Position numbers and translations under genes: made by a program. From the NCBI GenBank assembly GCA_003164895.1, contig PLUL01000039.1, forward strand, positions 4,307 through 68,306: DNA of 64,000 nucleotides. The letters are read 5' to 3'. Each line of letters opens with the position of its first letter. Positions within the stretch are counted from its first letter, which is position 1. The notes below the pieces were generated by a model, which was not told the DNA's origin, did not search any database, and was given only the letters and a program-made list of their open reading frames with translations. Positions 55,947 through 64,000 of this stretch are shown here, piece by piece. The DNA is from Bacteroidota bacterium. GTDB lineage: Bacteria > Bacteroidota > Bacteroidia > Palsa-948.

Positions 55947-56405
55947 ATGCGCAAAAAAATCTTAACAGCAATTGCCGTATGTACATTATTCCTAATAGTA
56001 AAGTGCGGCACCGACACTCAACCTACCACCACAACGCAATCAACGGTAGCCAAAAAGGATACAGTTGATAATGGAATCGGTCAGTTTAAAGATGTGAAGT
56101 TAACTCACCCATTGGATCAAGGAATGGCTGGCAAAGGCGAAGATATTTACAAAGCAAAATGTATTGCTTGTCATAAATTAACTACCGAAAAATTAGTTGG
56201 TCCGGGTTGGAAAGGAGTTACCGACAGAAGAACTCCCGAGTGGATCATGAATTTTATTACCAACACCAATGTGATGCTGGATAGCGACTTAGTTGCTCAG
56301 CAATTAATGGTTGTTTGTGTGGCAAGAATGCCTAATCAGAATGTGAACAACGATGACGCTCGTTTTGTACTTGAGTTCTTGAGAAAGAATGACGGAAAAA
56401 ATTAA
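55947..56405 (+). CDS. Lipoprotein class I cytochrome c (distinct subfamily)
   Basis: Lipobox LIVKC, CIACHK haem motif, distal Met in ARMPNQN. Confidence 0.75.
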   Translation: MRKKILTAIAVCTLFLIVKCGTDTQPTTTTQSTVAKKDTVDNGIGQFKDVKLTHPLDQGMAGKGEDIYKAKCIACHKLTTEKLVGPGWKGVTDRRTPEWIMNFITNTNVMLDSDLVAQQLMVVCVARMPNQNVNNDDARFVLEFLRKNDGKN

Positions 56406-56484
56406 CACTGCGAATTACGAATTGGCAAATTACTAATCATTCGTAATTAGAAGATTGGTAATTCGTAGAACTAAAAATGATAGT

Positions 56485-57780
56485 ATGATGAAGTCTAAAA
56501 ATTTCTGGATCAGTTTATCACTTCTCAACCTATGTATTGTAACTGTGCTGGGCGTTATTTTGAGAAGCAAAGCGCTTTTTGATCTGCCTATCATTGATTA
56601 CAACCATTTACTAAACGCTCATTCGCATTTTGCTTTTGGCGGATGGGTAACACTTGCGCTGATGGTGTTACTGATGCACACGTTATTGACCGAATCGCAG
56701 AAACAAAAATCTATTTACCAGTTTGTTTTCTGGAGCATCTTTGTTACGGTATGGGGATTGCTTTTTACATTTCCTTTTTCGGGATATAATACATGGTCAA
56801 CCTACATTTCAACTCTTTTTACTTTCACCACATATATTTTTAGCTGGGTTTTTATCCGCGATGTGCTGAAAGCAAAAGTGAGCAAAACAGTTCTTATTTT
56901 ATCCATCGCATCCGTTTTTTGCATGGTATTGTCTTCGGCAGGTTCTTTCACATTGGGATATTTGTTTGCCACCAAATCGTTGAAAGCAATTTTGTATCGC
57001 GATGCATTGTTCTCGTATTTGCATTTGCAGTACAATGGTTTTTTTACACTCGCTGTCTTTGCGTTGCTCTTTCAAAAGATAGAATCAAAGTTTTCGGTCG
57101 AAGTTCAAAAAAAGATATATCGTTTTGCTTTGGTACTTGTAATTTCAATTTTGCCATCCATGTTTCTTTCTTATCACTGGCACGATCCAAGTTTTCTTTT
57201 TCACGTAATTGCTTATATCGGCAGCGCTCTTTTATTAATCAGTTTTGGTTTGTTTATTCCTGTATTGAAGGCAATTTTAAAACTGTATAAATCGGTTCCC
57301 ATCTTATTTAAATTTATCGGAGGACTATCGCTTGGAGCTTTCATGCTCAAAATGTTTTTGCAAAGTTTCACCATAATTAATTTTTTTGGCAACTTGGTTT
57401 TTGGCGATCGCCCCATCATTATGGGATTTCTGCATTTGGTGTTTCTTGGTTTTGTTTCACTTTTTCTGCTTGCCTATTTTGCAAAAACCGGATTGCTCAA
57501 TACCGAAAAAACATTTACAAAAGTTTCGCTGGTTGTGTTTGCAATGGGAGCGTTGCTTAACGAAACTCTTTTGTGGGCGCAGGGTTTTGCCGCCATGCTT
57601 ATTCAAAGCAGCGATATATTCCCATGGCTGCTTTGGGGAGCCGGCATTTGGCTCTTTATCGGCGCTGCTTTAATTGGCATTGCCCGAATTATTAGTGTGC
57701 CAAGTGTGGTGGCAGAAAAGAAAAAGGCACAAGTGCGCGAGGGCTTTTCGCCTTCAATTCCCGAACTGAAAAGATTTTAG
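56485..57780 (+). CDS. Polytopic membrane protein (>=10 TM) with conserved His motifs; possibly NnrS-like
   Basis: Start taken at ATG 56485. Hydrophobic throughout, with NAHSHFAFGGW and GFLHLVFLGF motifs that faintly recall the H-x-H...FG motifs of NnrS haem/copper membrane proteins. Family assignment is not secure. Confidence 0.4.
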   Translation: MMKSKNFWISLSLLNLCIVTVLGVILRSKALFDLPIIDYNHLLNAHSHFAFGGWVTLALMVLLMHTLLTESQKQKSIYQFVFWSIFVTVWGLLFTFPFSGYNTWSTYISTLFTFTTYIFSWVFIRDVLKAKVSKTVLILSIASVFCMVLSSAGSFTLGYLFATKSLKAILYRDALFSYLHLQYNGFFTLAVFALLFQKIESKFSVEVQKKIYRFALVLVISILPSMFLSYHWHDPSFLFHVIAYIGSALLLISFGLFIPVLKAILKLYKSVPILFKFIGGLSLGAFMLKMFLQSFTIINFFGNLVFGDRPIIMGFLHLVFLGFVSLFLLAYFAKTGLLNTEKTFTKVSLVVFAMGALLNETLLWAQGFAAMLIQSSDIFPWLLWGAGIWLFIGAALIGIARIISVPSVVAEKKKAQVREGFSPSIPELKRF

Positions 57781-57795
57781 AAGAGTATTTGTTTT

Positions 57796-58653
57796 TTATT
57801 TAGATACCACAATTTTTTTTGTAGCAACTCCATCAGTAGTTTTTACTTGAAGAAAATATATTCCATCAGGAACTTGGCTTAAATCAATTGACAATGAAGA
57901 ATTGATAATTGACAATTTCTCGAACACCTTTTCTCCATAAACATTATATATAACTGCACCTGTAATTCGCAAATTGTTATTATTAATTTGGAATTTTCCA
58001 TTTGTTGGATTGGGGGAAATAGTAAATGAATTTTCATATATTGAAAGTTCACTTACTGAAACTACTTGACAGTAAGGAGCACCACCCAATAGATTAATAT
58101 TGTCTACAGAAAAACAAGATAAAGAATTATCACCTTCGGGCCAAGTCCACCATAAATCACCTACGCCTACAAGATATGCACCAGAATCAAGATTATTAAT
58201 CATATTCTTAAAAATATATTCTTTATGATACTTAGTTCCAATCAGAATAGAGTCAATCCTACTTATTATATCACCATGTCCAGTATAGAATGAGGTTGTT
58301 GGGAAAGTATCTCCTACAACTAAATGCTGGTTGAAAGAAATATCATGTTCCACGCCACTAAAATCTACGTGAAATATTTTCTCATTAGGAATATCTTGCC
58401 GAATACCACCACTATATGTATATATAGTAAAATTTTGACTGCTGAATTGTTTTGTATAATGAATAGAATTAATTACTGTATCGCCAAGCCATTCTGTTAA
58501 ATTATATTGAGGAGAGGGAGGATAGTTTGTACCATTTGTATTAATACTAAACCATACAGCACTATCATTAGGAAAGGGCTGATAAACATTTGTCTGCGCA
58601 TTGGCAGAGAAGAAGATACTTGCAAACAAAATAATTGTGTAAAGTTTTTTCAT
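57796..58653 (-). CDS. Hypothetical secreted protein with T9SS sorting domain
   Basis: Signal peptide MKKLYTIILFASIFFSANAQ; C-terminal ISPNPTNGKFQI...GIYFLQVKTTDGVATKKIVVSK. Confidence 0.6.
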   Translation of the reverse strand: MKKLYTIILFASIFFSANAQTNVYQPFPNDSAVWFSINTNGTNYPPSPQYNLTEWLGDTVINSIHYTKQFSSQNFTIYTYSGGIRQDIPNEKIFHVDFSGVEHDISFNQHLVVGDTFPTTSFYTGHGDIISRIDSILIGTKYHKEYIFKNMINNLDSGAYLVGVGDLWWTWPEGDNSLSCFSVDNINLLGGAPYCQVVSVSELSIYENSFTISPNPTNGKFQINNNNLRITGAVIYNVYGEKVFEKLSIINSSLSIDLSQVPDGIYFLQVKTTDGVATKKIVVSK

Positions 58654-58808
58654 GGCAATTAGTTTACAATCAGGAGGGGGTACACAAATGTAAACAAAAA
58701 ATAATTAATGCTAAAATATTTTCCAATGGAATAGAGGTGGAGTATAAGTAATTTGGAAATTGGTAATTAGTAGTAACTTTAGCGTAATCATTGCTTATCT
58801 TTGCTTTA

Positions 58809-59801
58809 ATGGAGTTGCCTGTAAATAATATTGTTGATCAATTTGGCAGGGTGCACGATTATCTGCGCATCTCGCTCACCGAGCGTTGCAACCTGCGTTG
58901 TGTTTATTGTATGCCCGAGGAAGGAATTGCGCTTCGCCCCAAAGCTGAATTCATGAACACCAGCGAAGTGCTGAAAATGGCAGAAACATTTGTTTCGTTG
59001 GGAGTAAAAAAAATTCGTTTAACAGGCGGTGAACCTTTGGTGCGGAGCGATGCAAAAATTCTTCTCGAAAAACTTTCCAAACTCCCTGTCGAACTTGCCA
59101 TCACCACTAATGGAATTTTAATAGACAAGTTTTTTGACACCATCAAAACATCGGGAATAAAATCCATCAACGTGAGCTTGGATTCTCTCAACAAAGAAAA
59201 ATTTAATTCCATCACTCGTCGAAATGATTTTGATAAAGTAATTTCTAACATCAACTTGCTTTTGAATAATAATTTTCATGTAAAGGTGAATGCGGTGGTG
59301 ATAAAAGGTGTGAATGAGGATGAGCTTGCTGATTTTGTTCGATGGACAAGCGATAAGAATGTTCATGTACGCTTTATTGAGTTCATGCCGTTCGATGGCA
59401 ACAAGTGGGATTTCAGCAAAGTGATTTCTTTAGAAACAATTCTTGCAAAAGTGCGCAAGCAGTTTGGAGAAAAAGTTAAACGCATCAATGATCGTAAAAA
59501 CGACACATCAAAAAATTATTCCATCGAAGGATTCAAAGGAACATTTGCCATTATCAGTTCTGTTACCAATCCTTTTTGCGATACCTGCAACCGACTTCGC
59601 CTCACCGCAGACGGAAAAATAAAAAACTGTTTGTTCTCCGATTCTGAAACCGACTTACTTTCTGCCATGAGAAGGGGAGAGGACATTGTTCCGCTGATAA
59701 GAGAAGCGGTATGGCACAAAAAATCTGTGCGTGCCGGAATTACTTCATTCGAGAATTTAGAGAAAAGAAAAAACCGTGCAATGATTGCGATTGGAGGATA
59801 A
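58809..59801 (+). CDS. moaA: GTP 3',8-cyclase (molybdenum cofactor biosynthesis protein A)
   Basis: Radical-SAM motif CNLRCVYCMP, LTGGEPL, C-terminal second-cluster cysteines CDTCNRLRLTADGKIKNCLF. Start taken at ATG 58809. Confidence 0.88.
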   Translation: MELPVNNIVDQFGRVHDYLRISLTERCNLRCVYCMPEEGIALRPKAEFMNTSEVLKMAETFVSLGVKKIRLTGGEPLVRSDAKILLEKLSKLPVELAITTNGILIDKFFDTIKTSGIKSINVSLDSLNKEKFNSITRRNDFDKVISNINLLLNNNFHVKVNAVVIKGVNEDELADFVRWTSDKNVHVRFIEFMPFDGNKWDFSKVISLETILAKVRKQFGEKVKRINDRKNDTSKNYSIEGFKGTFAIISSVTNPFCDTCNRLRLTADGKIKNCLFSDSETDLLSAMRRGEDIVPLIREAVWHKKSVRAGITSFENLEKRKNRAMIAIGG

Positions 59802-60836
59802 CTAATTTGAATGTTCTATCATAATTAATATTCCCTTTTCAAAGTGCAGATTATATTTCCAGTTATAAAACCAGATTTCATTTACTCCTGTTGAAGTTTT
59901 TGTTTTAGAAATATCCCAAGGCGTTCCCCATGCAGCTTTACACATTTCCATTGTCATTCCAATTTCTATTTTATTTTGCGCAATTACTTCCCCTTTCTCC
60001 TTTCCGAATTTGCTTATGCATTCTGATAGATGTTTTTCCTTTTTTTCATTCAGTGATTTGTATAATTCTTCTCGTTCATTTCTATTGGCATGGTCAATCC
60101 AGTAGTATTCTTTTTCGGTCATGAAACTTTTTTCAAGTTTTTCTGAAGGAGTTCTGAGTTGAAGCTCTGCGCCTTTCTCGTTTCTTAACAAACAGAATGT
60201 GAAGTAAGTGCTGTCGTTGCTTTCATTGTCCTTGCTCTTTTTAAAAAGAACTTCTTTGCATACCCATTTACTTTTATCTTTTAGATAAATAATATCCTGA
60301 TTCAAATAAGTTTTTCTTTGTTTTTCAAAATAAGGAGTCGCAACAAAAGAATTAAAATAACTGCAACTGTAAGGAGGAATCTTGCTCTGGCAAACAACCC
60401 AATAGAGAGTTTCGTTTGTATTATTATCTCGAAGAACAAAAACAGCATAAACGATCATCTCTTTCCATAGAGGAGAATTAAAATCCTTGTATCTGTAGCC
60501 GCATTGATTGATAAGTTTTTTTTGTTTGAGATATTCAATAGCATCTCCTTGAAGAATATCCGTAATGGTGTAAAACTTATTTCCACTAAAACCATTGCTG
60601 TCTTTTGAAAACACAACAGGTCCTGCTTCGGGATTTACGACAGGAGGAAGAAATAATTGCAATCCAATAAATTGATATTGGTTTTCGGGTTTGAATTGTT
60701 CCTCAAAAGTTTTAGTACTATCGAAAGTAGAAGGTTTTAATACAGCAAGTTCTTCTTTATCAATCTTGCTTTGTGAGAAAACAAAACTTGAGATAGAAGA
60801 AAAGAACACAATGCCAAAAACAAATTTTATTTTCAT
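59802..60836 (-). CDS. Hypothetical secreted protein
   Basis: Signal peptide MKIKFVFGIVFFSSISSFVFSQ; no recognisable catalytic motif. Confidence 0.45.
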   Translation of the reverse strand: MKIKFVFGIVFFSSISSFVFSQSKIDKEELAVLKPSTFDSTKTFEEQFKPENQYQFIGLQLFLPPVVNPEAGPVVFSKDSNGFSGNKFYTITDILQGDAIEYLKQKKLINQCGYRYKDFNSPLWKEMIVYAVFVLRDNNTNETLYWVVCQSKIPPYSCSYFNSFVATPYFEKQRKTYLNQDIIYLKDKSKWVCKEVLFKKSKDNESNDSTYFTFCLLRNEKGAELQLRTPSEKLEKSFMTEKEYYWIDHANRNEREELYKSLNEKKEKHLSECISKFGKEKGEVIAQNKIEIGMTMEMCKAAWGTPWDISKTKTSTGVNEIWFYNWKYNLHFEKGILIMIEHSN

Positions 60837-60851
60837 CTCAGAATTGTAACC

Positions 60852-62222
60852 TTATTGCTTCACAAATTTATTAACCGCCATTCCATTTTCTGTTTTCATT
60901 TTTACAATGTAGATTCCGTTTGAAAAACCTGAAACATTTATTTCTGTTTTCTGTTCCTGCATAAGTTGCTGAAAGATCAATTGTCCTTGAATATTATAAA
61001 TTGAAATCATTTTTCCCTGATCATCCAACGAACTGTTTTCAATTGTAATATTTGTGTTCGCAGGATTTGGATAAATGATGAATTGTGAATTATGAGTTGC
61101 AAGTTGATCAATCCCAGTTGTGCATCCTAATAAACTATTGAATGCAGTCTGGTTTCCGTTGAAAACATCCATATCAACATTGCCGCTGATTCCGGGAACA
61201 CTTCCTACCCATGAGTATTGATTAAAAGACCAATTGGGCGCCCATACTCCTAAACTGGGTGGAGTAGCTGTTGTGCTGCCATCATCAGATGCAATCCAAA
61301 GATTACAATATGTAGCCATGGCACTGGTAAAGGATGCGGCAATTGAGCCATCGGTATAAATTATCGGATTGATACCTGTTGCAGTTTTAACAGTGCTCAT
61401 CCAGGCTTGAACCCATGCAGTTAATTGGGAGGCAGTAAGCGAAGTGTTTACTTCAAAATCAAGTGCTGGTGGCAGTTCACAGGAAATAATATAAGGTTGT
61501 GCCGCACTTAAAAAATGATTTGCTTCTGAAACTGCGCCTGATGTAGTTGAGTTTACATCGGGATGTGCAAAATGATAAGCACCCATTTTAACTCCTGCAG
61601 TTACACCATTTGTTGCGTTGTTGTGATACTGACTGTCGGTAATGGTTAAACCTTCGGTAGCTTTTGCCCAGGCAAAAGAATAACCTGCTGCTTTTACCGA
61701 AGTCCAATTGATTGTAGCTTGATAGCTGGAAACATCAATTCCGAGTATTTGAGTAGTTACCGCTCCGCTGCTATCTCTCCACATTAAAGTTGAATAAGGA
61801 GAACCTGTATTAGTTACACAACCCGAAACTGTTGTTAAAAGTCGTACTACACCGGTATAGGTAGCGTTCCATTTTATATACGGTGCCGCAGTGCAACCGG
61901 TTAATCCGCAATTATTGGCGTAGCAAAGAGTAGCTGCGCTTGTATTATTGAACAAAGTTAATTCTGCATCCCAGGATTGACTTCCTCCAAAGTTGCTGCA
62001 ATAGGTCCATTCATAAGTATCACCTGCGGTTACGTTAAACAATGTCCAGTTGCCTGCATTCATGTAGGCACTTACTGTTTGCCATGTGGATGAAGTAGTG
62101 GAAAATGTTGTAGAAGGATACTGATTTGTTTCTGCCGCACTGGTGCATCCGCCGGTGGCGCAGGTTTGTGCATTTGCAATTCCACAAATTGCAATTAATA
62201 AAATGAGTAAAAGTTTTTTCAT
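60852..62222 (-). CDS. GH25 family lysozyme (muramidase) with N-terminal Cys-rich domain and T9SS sorting domain
   Basis: GH25 signature GIDVSSYQATINWTSVKAAGYSFAWAKATEG. C-terminal IYPNPANTNITIEN...GIYIVKMKTENGMAVNKFVKQ. Confidence 0.75.
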   Translation of the reverse strand: MKKLLLILLIAICGIANAQTCATGGCTSAAETNQYPSTTFSTTSSTWQTVSAYMNAGNWTLFNVTAGDTYEWTYCSNFGGSQSWDAELTLFNNTSAATLCYANNCGLTGCTAAPYIKWNATYTGVVRLLTTVSGCVTNTGSPYSTLMWRDSSGAVTTQILGIDVSSYQATINWTSVKAAGYSFAWAKATEGLTITDSQYHNNATNGVTAGVKMGAYHFAHPDVNSTTSGAVSEANHFLSAAQPYIISCELPPALDFEVNTSLTASQLTAWVQAWMSTVKTATGINPIIYTDGSIAASFTSAMATYCNLWIASDDGSTTATPPSLGVWAPNWSFNQYSWVGSVPGISGNVDMDVFNGNQTAFNSLLGCTTGIDQLATHNSQFIIYPNPANTNITIENSSLDDQGKMISIYNIQGQLIFQQLMQEQKTEINVSGFSNGIYIVKMKTENGMAVNKFVKQ

Positions 62223-62474
62223 GATATATTATTAATGAATGGTTATTGTTTTAAGCAAGCAGTATGATTTTAGTAAATCATAATTCAAATGTAAATAATA
62301 AACTTAATTCCACCAAAAGAACTTTAAAACAAGAAGAAATAAAAATAATTTTATTATTGTAAATGAATGAAAATCACAGTTTCTAACTCTGGCAATGGAG
62401 CAAAAAGATTGAAGCGTATAGCCAGACTTGAGCAAAGCGAGAGGGCACAAAAAATATTGCAAAATGAAAAGAAT

Positions 62475-63386
62475 CTAATAAACCCAAGAAGGATTATTTT
62501 TTATTGATGGCTTACGTTTTTTTCCCTTAGCAGATTCTTTAAGAAGTTTTTTGTGAAAATTAAATGTCAGCACAGGCAGTGATGCGTGATTCACTACTTC
62601 CTCGGCAATACTGCCTTTAAATAAATGCGATAGTCCGTGTCTGCCATGTGTTCCTAATGCAATCATATCGGCTTTTGCATTTGCTGCAAAATCTCGGATA
62701 CCTTCATCCTTCGAGTAGGCATAATATATCTGCGTGGGACATTTATATATTTTATTGTGTTTCCAAAATTTTTCTATTTGTTTTTCGGTTTCGTGTGTTG
62801 ATTCAAAATCTACCATCGTTACAATTTTCATGAGCATCAGTTTGGCATTAAACATTGCGGATATTTTACTTACCGCAGGAAGTACCAATTCGGTTTCTTT
62901 TGAAAAGTCGGTTGCAAAAACAATAATAGATATTTTTGAACTCTTAATTTTATCTCTTACGGATAGAACCGGAATTTCTGCATTACGAATAACCCGTTCG
63001 GCATTGCTTCCTAAAAGTGATTCCTGAAAACCGCTGACGCCATGCGTACCCATCACAATCATATCGGCTTTATACTTTTTAGCCGACTCATAAATTTTTG
63101 AAGGCACGTTGCCAATCTCAATGGCATCAATAACTTTTACATTTTTAAATACTTTACTGTTTTTAAGTTTTGATATTCTCAATTTTGTAAACTTCATTAC
63201 CTCCATCATATAATGTGCACCTGCTGCTATCTTATTATCACCTTCAGGCGTTGGAGCTGAATAAGGTCCGTCCATTATGTGCAGAAGATGAATAGTTGCG
63301 CCTGTTTTTCCTGCGAGCATTACTGCATAATCATAAGCAACAGCGGCGTTTTCTGAAAAATCGGTAGGAACTAAAATGGTTTTCAT
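62475..63386 (-). CDS. Universal stress protein, tandem Usp domains
   Basis: Two Usp-type halves (ILVPTDFSENA...GTHGVSGFQESLLGSNAERVI and IVFATDFSKE...GTHGRHGLSHLFKGSIAEEVV). Start taken at ATG 63386. Confidence 0.8.
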   Translation of the reverse strand: MKTILVPTDFSENAAVAYDYAVMLAGKTGATIHLLHIMDGPYSAPTPEGDNKIAAGAHYMMEVMKFTKLRISKLKNSKVFKNVKVIDAIEIGNVPSKIYESAKKYKADMIVMGTHGVSGFQESLLGSNAERVIRNAEIPVLSVRDKIKSSKISIIVFATDFSKETELVLPAVSKISAMFNAKLMLMKIVTMVDFESTHETEKQIEKFWKHNKIYKCPTQIYYAYSKDEGIRDFAANAKADMIALGTHGRHGLSHLFKGSIAEEVVNHASLPVLTFNFHKKLLKESAKGKKRKPSIKNNPSWVY

Positions 63387-63499
63387 AATATCTTGGTTTG
63401 ATGTGTTGAACAAATATCTTAAATTTTTGACACAACGGAATGATAGAAATCAGTTCGGGAATGAAATTATAGTTTGAAAAAAAGAAGTAATAATGGAAA

Positions 63500-64000
63500 T
63501 TATCCGATGTTCACTACTTCGGGAAGGACAAGCTCAATAACTTTGGATTCTAAACTTGACAAATCTTCCATAAAATTATCCCACTGCATTTCGGCATCGT
63601 GTTTTAATTTCGGACCAAGATTTTTATAATACTCTATTCCTTCTATCAAGTTATTTTGGAAATCAGCCAAATATTTTTTTTGCTTCTGGGAAATTTCTGT
63701 AACATTTTTGTCTATTTCTTTTTTTAGATAATCCGCATACATTTTAAGTTCGTTCACAAACATGTGTGGCCTTTGTAATGAATTAAGAATGTTTATCCTT
63801 CCGTAGATATGACTCACCATTTCGCTCAAAGAAAATACTCCGGAAAAATATGCCAGATTCGGTCCGGGACAAATAGATATTGCGGTTAGTTGATGTGCAG
63901 GAGTTAAATGATTTTTTATCAACACACCGGCTCCAAGTCCTTCGCATAAACAATCTTTTTCTGTAACTCGATCCATTTCTTCCTGCAGTTGCGCAGGAGC
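63500..64000 (-). CDS. C-terminal part of an unidentified protein (frame open to the right edge)
   Basis: The minus-strand frame stays open upstream of the ORF-track Met at 63976 (…APAQLQEEMDRVTEKDCLCEGLGAG…), so the gene probably starts beyond the window. No family assigned. Confidence 0.4.
   Translation of the reverse strand, partial: APAQLQEEMDRVTEKDCLCEGLGAGVLIKNHLTPAHQLTAISICPGPNLAYFSGVFSLSEMVSHIYGRINILNSLQRPHMFVNELKMYADYLKKEIDKNVTEISQKQKKYLADFQNNLIEGIEYYKNLGPKLKHDAEMQWDNFMEDLSSLESKVIELVLPEVVNIG

Noticed and set aside
30739-57780. Multihaem cytochromes typical of known extracellular electron transfer systems (Mtr/Omc type)
   Set aside because: I scanned every island ORF for CXXCH. Each positive ORF has exactly one, and none has the clustered multiple motifs of deca- or dodecahaem proteins. 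The EET idea therefore remains a hypothesis based on architecture, not on homology to Mtr/Omc.
30739-57780. Denitrification (nir/nor/nos) cluster
   Set aside because: FNR-like regulators, cytochromes c and a possible NnrS-like protein are suggestive. However, no copper or cd1 nitrite reductase, NorB-like haem-copper protein or NosZ/NosDFY signatures were recognised.
62255-62272. Palindrome ATGATTTTAGTAAATCAT upstream of the GH25 gene as another FNR box
   Set aside because: The half-site spacing is TGAT-N8-ATCA rather than N4, and it is a single occurrence in AT-rich DNA, so it was not counted with the island boxes.
1-64000. Mobile genetic element or genomic-island borders (integrase, transposase, IS ends) around the redox island or the inverted duplication
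   Set aside because: No integrase, transposase or recombinase-like ORF was found, and no terminal inverted repeats with target duplications. The only hint is the 27-nt tRNA-like fragment at 1681-1707, reported separately at low interest.

Overview
Low-GC Bacteroidota-type chromosomal segment, judged from many T9SS C-terminal sorting domains, SprB-type repeats and numerous lipobox lipoproteins. No rRNA, intact tRNA, CRISPR array, transposase or integrase was recognised. Left part (1-13.4 kb): giant repeat adhesins, and two S8 subtilase paralogues in inverted orientation. These flank an HsdR_N-like gene, holA, a 960-aa adhesin and a candidate rod-like small RNA. Middle-left (13.4-30.3 kb) is housekeeping: acnA, a PLP decarboxylase, a DPP-IV-like S9 peptidase, hemE, a porin-pstSCAB-phoU phosphate operon preceded by a strictly phased 21-bp tandem array, hemN, queD and an FNR-like regulator. 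The most unusual part is a ~27-kb run of about 30 same-strand ORFs (30.7-57.8 kb). It contains two paralogous Tat-FeS / NrfD-like / novel single-pass protein / monohaem cytochrome c modules with no catalytic subunit. It also holds two cytochrome c - porin-like barrel - mini CXXCH lipoprotein triads and two CX4CH lipoprotein + HRFG-motif beta-barrel pairs. Further members are an EB_dh/DOMON-like lipoprotein, two T9SS-sorted proteins whose N-terminal domain begins with CXXCH, three Cys-rich FNR-like regulators and two MarR regulators. TGAT-N4-ATCA palindromes sit in the long operon leaders. I read this as a candidate, apparently undescribed, envelope-spanning electron-transfer system, with oxygen-responsive control inferred from the FNR-like regulators and boxes. 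It would be built from single-haem parts with T9SS-displayed terminal components; this is inference from motifs and gene order only. Right end (57.8-64 kb): a T9SS protein, moaA, a secreted hypothetical, a T9SS-sorted GH25 lysozyme, a tandem-Usp protein and a partial ORF.
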